Source: Mobula hypostoma
Taxonomy: Eukaryota
Assembly: GCF_963921235.1 (NCBI RefSeq)
Contig: NC_086108.1
Coordinates: 18,476,001-18,540,000 of the forward strand
Direction: 5' to 3'
DNA length: 64,000 nt
The position numbers were made by a program, and so were the translations under genes. The notes below the pieces were generated by a model, which searched no databases, was not told the DNA's origin, and was given only the letters and a program-made list of their open reading frames with translations. Positions 25,001-38,454 of the stretch are shown in pieces (the first letter of the stretch is position 1; every line of letters begins with the position of its first letter).

Positions 25001-28000
25001 CTCTAATGGGTGCTCCATTTGACCCTAACTGGACACTCTGCTTGACCCAAACTGAATGCTTCGCTTGACCCTAACTGGACGCACCACTTCATCCCAATGG
25101 CTGCTCCATTTGAACCTACGTGGACCATTTGCTTGACCCATAGACTATTACTGGCACATGCAAACAACGGCTGCTCCACTTGACCTTAACTGGACACTCC
25201 GCTTGACCCAAACTAGATGCTGCACTTGACCCTAACTGGATGCTCCGCTTGACACTAACCGGACGCTTCGCTTGACCCTAACTGGACGCAAGACTTGACC
25301 CTAACTGGACTCTTTGCTTGACACTAACTGGATGCTTCGCTTCACATTCAAACAACAGCCGCTCCACTTGACCCTAACTAGATGCTCCACTTGGCCCTAA
25401 CTGGACGCTTGACCCTAACTGGATGCTACGCTTGACCCTAGCTGAATGCTTCGCTTGACCCATACTCTATTACTGGCACATTCAGACAACGACCGCTCCA
25501 CTTCACCCTAACTGGACGCTCCACTTGACCCGAACTGGATGCTCCACTTGACCCAAACTGGATGTTTTGCTTGCCCCTAACTGGCCATTCCACTTGCCCC
25601 TAACTGGCTGCTTCGCTTGACCCTAACTGGCCTCTCTGCTTGACCCTAACTGGCCTGTCCGCTTGACCCTAACTGGATGCTCTGCTTGACACTAAATGGT
25701 TGCTTCGCTTGACCCATACTCTATTACTGGCACATTCAGACAATGGCTGCTCCACTTGACCCTAACTGGATGCTGCACTTGACCCTAAATGGACACTCCA
25801 TTTGACCTGAACTGGACACTCTGCTTGACCCTAACTGGATGCTCCACTTGCCCCTAACTGGATGCTTCGCTTGACCCTAACTGTCCTCTCCGCTTGACCA
25901 TAACTATGGACACTCCGATTGACTGTAACTTGATGCTCCACCTGACCCTAACTGGATGCTCCGCTTGACCCTAACTGGTTGCTCCGTTTGACCCTAACTG
26001 AATGCTCAGCTTGACCCTAACTGGATGCTTCGCTTGACCCTAACTGAATGCTTCACTTGACCCATACTCTATTACTGGCACATTCAGGCAACGGCCGCTC
26101 CACTTGTCCCTAACTGGATGCTCCACTTGCCCCTAACTGGATGTTTTGCTTGCCCCTAACTGGCCATTCCACTTGCCCCTAACTGGATGCTTCGCTTGAC
26201 CCTAACTGGATGCTCTGCTTGACACTAAATGGTTGCTTCGCTTGACCCATACTCTATTACTGACACATTCAGACAATGGCTGCTCCACTTGACCCGAACT
26301 GGATGCTGCACTTGACCCTAAATGGACACTCCATTTGACCTGAACTGGACACTCTGCTTGCCCCTAACTGGATGCTTCGCTTGACCCTAACTGTCCTCTC
26401 CGCTTGACCATAACTATGGACACTCCGATTGACTGTAACTTGATGCTCCACCTGACCCTAACTGGATGCTCCGCTTGACCCTAACTGGTTGCTCCATTTG
26501 ACCCTATCTGGCCGTCACGCTTGACCATAACTGGTTGCTCCGTTTGACCCTAACTGAATGCTCAGTTTGACCCTAACTGAATGCTCAGCTTGACCCTAAC
26601 TGGATGCTTCACTTGACCCTAACTGAATGCTTCGCTTGACCCATACTCTATTACTGGCACATTCAGGCAACGGCCGCTCCACTTGTCCTTTACTGGATGC
26701 TCCACTTGCCCCTAACTGGATGTTTTGCTTGCCCCTAACTGGCCATTCCACTTGCCCCTAACTGGATGCTTCGCTCGACCCTAACTGGCCTCTCTGCTTG
26801 ACCCTAATGGGCCTGTCCGCTTAACCCTAACTGGATGCTCTGCTTGACACTAAATGGTTGCTTTGCTTGACCCATACTCTATTACTGGCACATTCAGACA
26901 ATGGCTACTCCACTTGACCCTAACTGGATGCTGCACTTGACCCTAAATGGACACTCCATTTGACCTGAACTGGACGCTCTGCTTGACCCTAACTGGATGC
27001 TCCACTTGCCCCTAACTGGATGCTTTGCTTGACCCTAACTGTCCTCTCCGCTTGACCATAACTATCCTCTCCGTTTGACCCTAACTGGATGCTCCGATTG
27101 ACTGTAACTGGATGCTCCACCTGACTTTAACTGGATGCTCTGCTTGACCCAAACTGGAAAATTCACTTGACCCTACCTGGACGCACTGGTTGACGCTAAT
27201 GGCTGATCCATTTGACCCTAACTGGACACTCCATTTGATCAAAAAGGATGGTTCGCTTGACCCTAATTGGACGCATCACTTGACCCTAAATGGATGCTCC
27301 GCTTGACTGTAACTAGATGCTTCGCTTGACCCAAAAAGGACGGTTCGCTTGACCCTAATTGGACGCACCACTTGACACTAACTGGATGCTCTGCTTGACC
27401 CAAAATGGATGCTTCGCTTGACCCTAACTGGACGCTCCGCTTGATCCTAACTGGACGCACAGCTTCACCCTAATGGGTGCTCTGTTTGACCCTAACTGGA
27501 CATTCTGCTTGACCCAAACTGGAGACTTTGCTTGACCCTAACTGGACGCACTGGTTCAACCTAATGGCTGCTCCATTTGACGTTACATGGGCAATTTGCT
27601 TGACCCATACTCTATTACTGGCACAAGCAAACAACGGCCGCTCCACTTGACCTTAACTGGACACTCTGCTTGACCCTAACTGGACACTTCACTTGACCCT
27701 AACTGGGCACACCACTTGACCCTAAATGAACACTTTGCTTGACCCTAACTGGATGCTTTGCTTGACCCATACTCTTTTACTGGCGCATTAAAACAACGGC
27801 AGCTCTATTGACCCTAACTGGACACTCTACTTGACCCCAACTAGATGCTGCATGTGACCTTAACTGGACGCTTTGCTTGTCCCTAAATGGGGGTCCGCTT
27901 GACCCTAATGGCTACGCCACTTGACCCTAAATAAACACTTTGCTTGACCCTAACTGGATGCTTTGCTTGACCAATACTCTTTTACTGGCACATTAAAACA

Positions 28001-31000
28001 ACGGCCGCTCCATTCACCCTAACTGGACACTCTACTTGCCCCTAACTGGATGTTTCGCTTGCCCTGAACTGGTCATCCCGCTTGACCCTAACTGGACACT
28101 CCAGCTTGACTGTAACTGGATGCTCCACCTGACCCTAACTGGATGGTTAACTTGACCCTAACTGGACACTCCACTTGCCCCTAACTTGATGCTTCACTTG
28201 ACCCTAACTGGCCTCTCTGCTTGACCCTAACTGGCCTGTCCGCTTGACCCTAACTGGATGCTCTGCTTGACACTAAATGGTTGCTTCACTTGACCCATAC
28301 TCTATTACTGGCACATTCAGACAATGGCTGCTCCACTTGACCCTAAATGGACACTCCACTTGCCCCTAACTGGATGCTTTGCTTGACCCTAACCGTCCTA
28401 TCCGCTTGACCATAACTATCCTCTCCGTTTGACCCTAACTGGATGCTCCGATTGACTGTAACTGGATGCTCTACCTGACCCTAACTGGATGCTCCGCTTG
28501 ACCCTATCTGGCCGCCACACTTGACCCTAACTGGCTGCTCCGCTTGACCCTAAATGGACGCTTTGCTTGACCCTAACTGGACATTTTGCTTGACAATAAC
28601 TGGATGCTTCCCTTGACCCATACTTTATTACCGGCACATTCAAACAACGGCTGTTCCACTTGACCCTAACTGGATTCTCCATTTGACCCTAACGGGACAC
28701 TCCACTTGACCCTAACAGGATGCTCAACTTGCCCCTAACTGGACACTCCACCTGACCCTAACTTGATGCTTTGTTGACCCATACTCTATTACTAGCACAT
28801 TCAAACAACGGCCGCTCCACTTGATCGTAGTGTCCACTCCACTTAACCCTAACTGGCCATTCTGCTTGCCCCTAACTGGATGCTCCACCTGACCCTAACT
28901 GGATGCTTCGCTTGACTCTAACTGGCTTGTCTGCTTGACCCTAACTGGCCTCTCCACTTGACCCTAACTGGATGCTCTGCTTGACACTAACTGGTTGCTT
29001 CGCTTGACCCATACTCAATTACTGGCACATTCAGACAACAGCCACTCCACTTGACCCTAACTGGATTCTCCTTTTGACCCAAACTGGAAGCTTCTCTTGA
29101 CCCTACTGGATGCACTGGTTGACCCTAATGGCTGCTCCATTTGACCCTAACTGGACACTCCGCTTGACCCAAAAAGGACAGTTTGCTTGACCCTAACTGG
29201 ACACACCACTTGACCCTAACTGGAGGCTCCGCTTGACCCTAACTGGATGCTTCTCTTGACCCATACTCTCTTACTGGCACAATCAAACAATGGCCGTTCC
29301 ATTTGACACTAACTGTTTGACCCAAAATGGATGTTCCGCTTGACCCTAACTAGATGCTCCGCTTGAGCCGAACTGAACGCACAACTTCACACTAATGGGT
29401 GCTCTGTTTGACCCGACATGGACAATTTGCTTGACCCATACTCTATTACTGGCACAAGCAAACAACGGCCATTCCACTTGACCTTAACTGGACACTCTGC
29501 TTGACCCTAACTGGACGCTTCACTTGATCCTAACTGGACACACCACTTGACCCTAAATGGACACTTTGCTTGACCCTAACTGGGGGTCTGATTGACCCTA
29601 ATGGCTATGCCACTTGACTCTAACTGGACATTTTGCTTGACCCTAACTGGGGGTCCGCTTGACCCTAATGGCTATGCCACTTGACCCTAACTGGACACAT
29701 TGCTTGACCCATACTCTATTGCTGGCACATTCAAACAACGGCCACCCCTCTTGACTCTAACTGGATGCTCCACTTGACCTTAACTAGATGCTCCACTTGC
29801 CCCTAACTGGACTCTTTGCTTGACCCTAAATGGATGCTTCGCTTGACCCTAACTGGATGCTTCACTTGACCCATACTCTTATCACTGGCACATTGAAACA
29901 ACGGCCGCTCCACTTGACCCTAACTGGATGCTCCATTTGACCCTAACTTGACGCTCCACTTGACCATAACTGGATGCTCCACTTGCCCCTAATTGGATGC
30001 ACTGCTTTACCCTAACTGGATGCTTTGCTTGACCCATACTCTATTACTGGCACATTCAAACAACGGCCGCTCCACCTGATCGTAATGTCCGCTCCACTTA
30101 ACCCTAACTGGACACTCCAGCTTGACCATAACTGTCCTCTCCGTTTGACCCTAACTGGAAGCTTCTCTTGACCCTACATGGATGCACTGGTTGACCCTAC
30201 TGGCTGCTCCATTTGACCCTAACTGGACACTCCGCTTGTCCCTAAAAGGACGGTTCGCTTGACCCTAACTGGACACACCACTTGACCCTAACTGGATGCT
30301 CCGCTTGACCCTAACTGGATGCTTCTCTTGACCCATACTCTCTTACTGGCACAATCAAACAATGGCCGTTCCATTTGACACTAACTGTTTGACCCAAAAT
30401 GGATGCTTCGCTTGACCCTAACTGGATGCTCTGGTTGACCTGAATGGCCGTTCCACTTGACCCTAACTGGATGCTCCGCTTGAGCCGAACTGAACGCACA
30501 GCTTCACCCTAATGGGTGCTCCGTTTGACCCTACATGGACAATTTGCTTGACCCATACTCTATTACTGGCACATTCCAAAAATGGCCGCTCCACTTGACC
30601 TTAACTGGACACTCTGCTTGACCCTAACTGGACACTTCACTTGACTCTAACTGGACACACCACTTGACCCTAAATGGACACTTTGCTTGTCCCTAACTGG
30701 ATGCTTTGCTTGATCCATACTCTTCTACTGGCACATTAAAACAATGGCCATTCCATTGACCCTAACTGGATACTCTACTTGACCCTAACTGGATGCTGCA
30801 CTTGACCCTAACTGGGGGTCCGCTTGACCCTAATGGCTATGCCACTTGACCCTAACTGGACACTTTGCTTGACCTATACTCTATTGCTGGCACATGCAAA
30901 CAACGGCCGCTCCTCTTGACCCTAACTGGACACTTTGCTTGACCCTAACTGGGGGTCCGCTTGACCCTAATAGCTACGCCACTTGACCCTAACTGGACAT

Positions 31001-32849
31001 TTTGCTTGACCCATACTCTATTGCTGGCACATTCAAACAACGGCCGCTCCTCTTGACTCTAACTGGACGCTCCACTTGACCTTAACTAGATGCGGCACTT
31101 GACCCTAACTGGATGCTTCGCTTGATCCTAACTGGATGCTTCGCTTGACCCATACTCTATTACTGGCACAGTCAAACAACGGCCGCTCCACTTGATCGTA
31201 ATGTCCGCTCCACTTCACCCCAACTGGATGCTCCGCATGCCCCTAACTGGCCATTCCGCTTGACTCAAACTGGACGCTCCAGCTTGACTGTAACTGGATG
31301 CTCCACCTGACCCTAATTGGATGGTTAACTTGACCCTAACTGGATGCTCCATTTGCCCCTAACTGGATGCTTCGCTTGACCCTAACTGTCCTCTCCGCTT
31401 GATCCTAAATGGATGCTCCGATTGACTGTAACTGGATGCTCCATCTGACCCTAACTGGATGCACCACTTGACCCAAACTGGAAGCTTCGCTTGACCCTAC
31501 CTGGACGCACTGGTTGACGCTAGTGGCTGATCCATTTGACCCTAACTTGACACTCCGCTTGACCCAAAAAGGACGGTTCACTTGACCCTAACTGGACGCA
31601 CCACTTGACCCTAACTGGATGCTCCGCTTGACCATAACTAGATGCTTCGCGTGACCCATATTCTCTTACTGGCACAATCAAACAATGGCCGCTCCATTTG
31701 ACACTAACTGGATGCTCTGCTTGACCCAAAATGGATGCTTCGCTTGACCCTAACTAGACGCTCCGCTTGACCCTAACTGGACGCACAGCTTCACCCTAAT
31801 GGGTGCTCTGTTTGACCCTAACTGGACACTCCGCTTGACCCTAACTGGACACTTTGCTTGACCCTAACTGGATGCACCGGTTCACCCTAATGGCTGCTCC
31901 ATTTGACCCTACATGGACAATTTGCTTGACCCATACTCTATTACTGGCACAAGCAAACAACAGCTGCTCCACTTGACCTTAACTGGACACTCTGCTTGAC
32001 CCTAACTGGACGCTTCACTTGACCCTAACTGGGCACACCACTTGACCCTAAATGAACACTTTGCTTGACCCTAACTGGATGCTTTGCTTGACCAATACTC
32101 TTTTACTGGCACATTAAAACAATGGCTGCTCCATTCACCCTAACTGGACACTCTACTTGACCCTAACTGGATGTTCCACTTGCCCCTAACTGGATGCTCC
32201 GCGTGCCCCTAACTGGTCATTCCGCTTGACCCTAACTGGACGCTCCAACTTGACTGTAACTGGATGCTCCACCTGACCCTAACTGGATGGTTAACTTGAC
32301 CCTAACTGGACGCTCCACTTGCCCCAAACGGGACGCTTCGCTTGACCCTAAATGACCTCTCCACTTGAACCTAACTGGATGCTGCGCTTGACCCTAACTG
32401 GACACTCCAATTGACCCAAACCGGACACTTCACTTGACCCTAACTGGATGCTCCACTTGACCCTAACGGGATGCTCCGCCTGACACTAACTTGAATCTTT
32501 GTTGACCCATACTCTATTACTGGCACATTCAAACAACGGCCGCTCCACTTGATCGTAGTGTCCGCTCCACTTAACCCTAACTGGACGCTCCGCTTGCCCC
32601 TAACTGGACGCTCCAGCTTGACTGTAACTAGATGCTCCACCTGACCCTAACTGGATGGTTAACTTGACCCGAACTGGATGCTCCACTTGCCCCTAACTGG
32701 ATGCTTCGCATGACCCTATCTGGCCTGTTCACTTGACCCTAACTGGATGCTCTGCTTGACACTAACTGGTTGCTTTGCTTGACCCATATTCTATGACTGG
32801 CACATTCAGACAACGGCCACTCCACTTGATCCAAACTGGACGCTCCACT

Positions 32850-33532
32850 TATATATTGGCGAGACCCGACGCAGACTGGGAGACAGCTTTGTTGAACACC
32901 TATGCTCTGTCCGCCAGAGAAAGTAGGATCTCCCAGTGGCCACACATTTTAATTCCACATCCCATTCCCATTCTGACATGTCTATCCACGGCCTCCTCTA
33001 CTGTAAAGATGAAGCCACACTCAGGTTGGAGGAACAACACCTTATATTCCGTCTGGGTAGCTTCCAACCTGATGGCATGAACATCGACTTCTCTAACTTC
33101 CGCTAATGCCCCACCTCCCCCTTGTACCCCATCTGTTACTTATTTTTATACACACATTCTTTCTCTCACTCTCCTTTTTCTCCCTCTGTCCCTCTGAACA
33201 TACCCCTTGCCCATCCTCTGGGTTCCCCCCCCACCATCTTTCTTCCCGGACCTCCTGTCCCATGATCCTCTCGTATCCCTTTTGCCAATCACCTGTCCAG
33301 TTCTTGGCTCCATCCCTCCCCCTCCTGTCTTCTCCTATCATTTTGGATCTCCCCCTCCCCCTCCAACTTTCAAATCTCTTACTCACTCTTCCTTCAGTTA
33401 GTCCTGACGAAGGGTCTCGGCCTGAAACGTCGACTGCACCTCTTCCTAGAGATGCTGCCTGGCCTGCTGCGTTCACCAGCAACTTTGATGTGTGTTGCTT
33501 GAATTTCCAGCATCAGCAGAATTCCTGTTGTT
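32850..33532 (+). mobile_element. PLE 3' fragment inserted in the satellite
   Basis: YIGET..RLEEQHLIFRLGS coding remnant and the same terminus as 9406-10015. Confidence 0.92.
33395..33436 (+). ncRNA. Minimal hammerhead motif (stem II variant)
   Basis: AGTC-CTGACGA-AGGGTCTCGGCCT-GAAACGTC-GACTG. Confidence 0.78.
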
Positions 33533-35089
33533 CACCCTAATGTCTGCTCCGTTTGACCCTACATGGACAATTTGCTTGACCCATACTCTATTACTCACAC
33601 ATGTAAACAACGGCAGCTCCACTTGACCCTAACTGGACACTCTGCTTGACCCTAACTGGATGCTTTACTTGACTTATACTCTTTTACTGGCACATTCAAA
33701 GAACGGCTGCTCCACTTGACCCTAACTGGACGCTCCACTTGCTCCTAACTGGATGCTTCACTTGACCTTAACTGGATGCTCTGCTTCACCCTAACTGGAT
33801 GCTCCACCTGACCCAAACTGGATGCTTCTCTTGACCCTAACTGGACACTCCAGTTGACTCTAATGGCTTCTCCACTTGACCCTAACAGGACACTCTGCTT
33901 GACCCAAACTGGACGCTTCACTTGATCCTAATGGGATGCACCACTTGACCCTAACTGGGCACTTTGCTTGACCCTAACTGGTTGCTCTGCTTCACCCAAA
34001 CTGGAAGCTTCTCTTCACCCCAACCAGACGCTCCGGTTGACCCTAATGGCCACTCCACTTGCCCCTAACTGGAAGCTTCACTTGCCCCTAACTGGCCGTT
34101 CCGCTTGACCCTAACTGGACACTCCAGCTTGACTGTAACTGGATGCTCCACCTGACCCTAACTGGATGGTGAACTTGACCTTAACTGGACGCTCCACTTG
34201 CCCCTAACGGGATGCTTCGCTTGACCCTAACTGACCTCTCCACTTGAACCTAACTGACCTCTCCACTTGAACCTAACTGGACGCTCCGCTTGACCCTAAC
34301 TGGATGCTCTGCTTGACCCTAACTGGATGCTTTGCTTGACCCATACTCTATTACTGACACATTCAGACAACGGCCGCTCCACATGACCCTAACTGGACAC
34401 TCCATTTGACCCGAACTGGACGCTCTGCTTGACCCTAACTGGATACTCCACTTGCCCCTAACTGGATGCTTCGCTTGACCCTAACTGGCCTCTCTGCTTG
34501 ACCATAACTGTCCTCTCCGTTTGACCCTAACTGGATGCTCTGATTGACTGTAACTGGATGCTCCACTTGACCCAAACTGGAAGCTTCTCTTCACCCCAAC
34601 CGGACACTCCGGTTGACCCTAATGGCCGCTCCACTTGACCCTAACTGGATGCTTCGCTTGTCCCATACTCTATTATTGTCAAATTCAAATAACAGCCGCT
34701 CCACTTGACCCTAACTGGACGGTCTACTTGACTCGAACTAGCTGCTGCACTTGATCCTAACTGGATGCTCCATTTGACCCTAACTGGATGCTTTGCTTCA
34801 CCCATTCTCTATTACTGGCACATTCAAACATCGGCTGCTCCACTTGACCCTAACTGGACACTCCGCTTGACCCTAACTGGATGCTTCACTTAACCTAAAC
34901 TGGACACTCCACTTGTCCCTAACTTCCTTTTATTTGCTACTGAGTTTAGGCCTCCAACATCGGCACTTACTGCGCCTGTGCAGCTGGAAAAAAAATGGCC
35001 TTACCCGAAGCTGCATCTTTTTAACACCTCTCTCTCCTGACCTTTGGTAGGGCTCTTACACCAAAACTTTCTGCTTCTGAGCCATTGAT

Positions 35090-35780
35090 AAAAGACCAGA
35101 TTTACCCAAATCTTCTCCTTTTATAGAGACATTTCAAGCTGGCCCGGTTAAAATCCCCCAAAATGATAGGGAAGGCATCAGGATGAGCTGTTTTATGCCC
35201 ATTTATTATATCCCTCAGTTTGTCTAGAGTCTGTTTTACACTGGCCTGAGGTGGGATGTACACCACTACCAAGATGATCACTTAAATCTTCCATGGCAAG
35301 TAAAATGAACGGCACTTTATCACAAGATGTTCGGGGCTGGGAGAGCAGACTGGGACAGTACCACAATGCTGATCACCACATGGAGTTGATCATAAAGCAT
35401 GCTCCACCTCCTCTGCCTTTGAAAGATTCAGCAGCCCTATTTTGATGGCGTACTGTGAAATCCTCAAGCTGTATTTCTGTATCTGGAATGGCGAGGGATA
35501 ACTAAGATTCTGTGAAACAAAAATGCAACAGCTTTTATTGTCCCTCTGGAACAGCAGTCTAGCTCTGAGATCTTCAACTTTATTTACCAGAGACTGTACG
35601 TTTGCCAGTAAGATGGCCGGTATTGGGAGCTGAAAGCCACACTTCCTTAGACGAACTTTTAAACCAGAGCGGCAACCTCTCTTCTGCTGCCATAAAGGGG
35701 AATTACTCCAACGGGCAGAGTCCATTCGGGTTTCATCAACTTTGAGTAGCAATAGAGTATTTTAATCATCTTAAAAAGAT
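35090..35780 (-). mobile_element. Rex1/Babar-type LINE 5' and endonuclease fragment
   Basis: KRGCRSG..IPAILLANVQSLVNKVEDLRARL; downstream GDF motif. Confidence 0.8.
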
Positions 35781-36379
35781 GTTACTAACTGTACAGACCT
35801 TAGACGTAGCTGTGGTTCTCAGCTGTGGCAGACTGAAATGGCAATATATGATGGTATCCATCAGAGCTGCTCGCATGAATCACCTTCTTGATGGCACCCC
35901 GGAAGTACAGGATCTGATTTTCCTACAGGAGTATGGGCTCTCACATCTACCAGGTGTGAGAGGTGGTCACAATGGAGGCCCAGCGATTGTCTGTATTATC
36001 AGGGTGCGGTGGAGGAAATAATTGTAGAGCATCCAGGCTGGGGATTCTGCTGCAGGGAGGCAACTTCTCAGTTACTGAAGTCAAAGAGTTAGTGGTCAGG
36101 GGTCAGCATCTTGTGGCAAATTTAAAATGCCATAACACTCCATTCTGGTGAATCAATGTGTACTCATAGTGCACGCTGAGCAAGGGGCTAGCCATCTTCC
36201 AGCAGCTCCCACTATTGCTGGTGACATCCCTACAAGTTGTTCTGGCTGAGACATCAACTGCATCATCGATTCATCTGGACAATCAGACAGTGCTGACAGG
36301 AGCTGAACAACAGCTCCAAATTGCCAACAAAAATGGTTAAAGGTGCATGGCTGTGTGATACCTTCAGCACCCCTGTCGG

Positions 36380-37585
36380 TGTCATAAGGCGTTGGCTGGG
36401 AACGGACCCAAGTGCAAGACGCAGACACTGAAGTACTAGGGACAGGACTAGGATACAGGGCGATGGCAAGGACATGGACAGGAAAACCGAGAACCCAGAA
36501 CAGGACAGGACAAAAGAGCTAGGAGCCCAGGCTTGGACTCCGAGCCAGAGACTGGACAAGGACCCAGTACCTGGGTCTTGCCTCTGGTTCAGACCCCAGA
36601 ACCAGGCAAGGGTGAGGCTTGGCAAGAGGCAGGAGACTTGAGGCGAGGCTTGGCAGGAGGGAGGAGACTTGAGGTGAGGCTTGGCAGGAGGCAGGAGACG
36701 AGGCGAGGCTTGGCAGGAGGCAGGAGGCTGGAGTCTTCAGGCTTGAAGCTAGAGGCTAGAGACCTGAGGCGAGGCTAGAGGCTAGGCAGGAGGCTGGAGT
36801 TTTCAGGTTTGAGGCTAGGCCGGAGGCTGGAGCCTTTAGGCTTGAGGCTAGGCAGGAGGCTGGAGTCTTCAGGCTTGAGGCTAGGTAGGAGGCTGGAGTC
36901 TTTAGGCTTGAGGCTAGGCAGAAGGCTGGAGTCCTCAGGCTTGAGGCTAAGCAGGAGGCTGGAGTCTTCAGGCTTGAGGCTAGGCAGGCTCCTCCGGGGC
37001 AGGGTGCAGTTCACCTGGGCAGGGCACGGTTCTCCTGGGCAGGGTACAGATCACTTGGGCAGGGACGGGAAGGGACAGAACCAACCGCTGGTAACGGCGA
37101 GATGGCCTGGCTTACCCGATGGAGGCAAGGGACAGGAAGGGACAGAACCAACTGCAGGTAACAGCGAGACGGCCTGGCTTACCCGATGGAGGCAAGGGAC
37201 AGGAAGGGAGCTAGGTACAGGGTGGCTCCAGGACAGGACTGCAGGCGAGACGAGGCGAGAGTTACCAGCAAGACAAGGCAAGGCTTCCAGCAAAGCAAGG
37301 CGAGACGAGAACTTCAGGCGAGGCAAGAGTTACCGGCAAGACAAGGCAGGGCTTCAGGCGAGGAAACAGAAGGCAAAGGAAGGGATACAAGGAGTAAGGA
37401 CAAGAACAATCCAGCAACCACACCCTGGTCTCTGGAGGTATTTATGCAGCCAGCCCCAATGAGCATCAGCTGCTTCAATTAGAGCTAAACATGAATAGAA
37501 ACAGGGTAAACAGGATAACTTGGAGCAAGGGTCGATGGACCGGACCGTGAACCGGAATAGAGACTTCACGGACCGGACCACGACA
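36380..37585 (-). mobile_element. LTR-like element related to 48801-50064
   Basis: TGTC...GACA ends; shares GGACCCAA.TGCAAGAC, GGACTCCGAGCCAG..GGGTCTTGCCTC and CCGGACCA.GACA blocks; no TSD found. Confidence 0.65.
36610..36990. repeat. 33-bp tandem repeat inside the LTR-like element
   Basis: GGCTAGGCAGGAGGCTGGAGTCTTCAGGCTTGA repeated about 7 times, preceded by a related shorter unit. Confidence 0.9.
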
Positions 37586-38454
37586 GCTGATTGAGGTTGG
37601 ATGGCTCAGTACAGTCCCAGATAGGCTTCCTCTTCCTGTTGAAGACCGTTACAGTAAGATTCACTTATTAATGTTCTGCTCTGACCACTGCCTCCTTTGT
37701 GCCTCTTGTCACCTTCAGGAAGACCAGAAGGCAGGCAGGGGGACATGGAGGTTGAATTGCTGACCCAAGAGACATGGAGAAACTAAAGAGAGATTACACA
37801 AGTTAGAGAACCAAGGGATTCATTGGTCCGAAGCAACCAAGAGATTCTTCATCCTCAAAATTGTTCTGACAGTCAGGGGGAATTGTGCCAACTCCATATA
37901 GACTTGCAGAAATTTCTCCTGTCATCTAGGGGGTGGGTGTGAGAGAACTCTGAGAGGTGGCAAGCCAGCAAGCTGCATCCTTTGCCTTTGAATCCTCCAA
38001 GATCATCTTCAGGTTCAGGGTCTGCACTGTGGAAAAGGATAAGACATGCTCATGCCTCTTCATCCAAAACATTCACAAGGGAAGCTCTGTGACCCACGGC
38101 CTCGAGGAAGACAACAGCTCAGTCGCATCCTCACAGGCAGACGTACTGAGGATATTCATATCTGTGTGAGAGAAAGACTACAGAGAGCACAAAGGTAAAA
38201 CAAAAAATGCATAATTAGAAATAGTGCTCCTTGTTAATAACTGGGAGAATCAGGTACGATATATCTCAGTGTTGCTGTACTTGGTACAGGCATGGTCTGT
38301 TCTCCATTCCTCTGCTTCAGTATTCGACTGAAATGACTTCCAATTCAACAGGTTCAAAATGGAGGAAGCCCAGTGGATTAGCATGCACAAATCCGCAGAG
38401 AATGGAGGCAAAAGCGTATCTAGCATTGTATTCACCTGGTGATCGCTTTCATTG

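Larger units (their letters stand above)
22041..34925. repeat. 23-bp satellite/minisatellite array with interspersed long variant unit
   Basis: Consensus about CTAACTGGAYGCTCCRCTTGACC; roughly 500 monomer-equivalents estimated from length; punctuated by CATACTCTATTACTGGCACATTCAAACAACGG. Confidence 0.97.

Noticed and set aside
22041..34925. CRISPR-like look of a conserved ~32-bp motif separated by variable sequence
   Set aside because: The apparent spacers are made of the same 23-bp monomers and vary widely in length; there are no cas genes and the context is eukaryotic.
22041..34925. True interstitial telomere
   Set aside because: CCCTAA never occurs in tandem; there is only one per monomer.
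36775..37462. Repetitive 217-aa and 79-aa ORFs
   Set aside because: By-product of a 33-bp (multiple of 3) tandem repeat.
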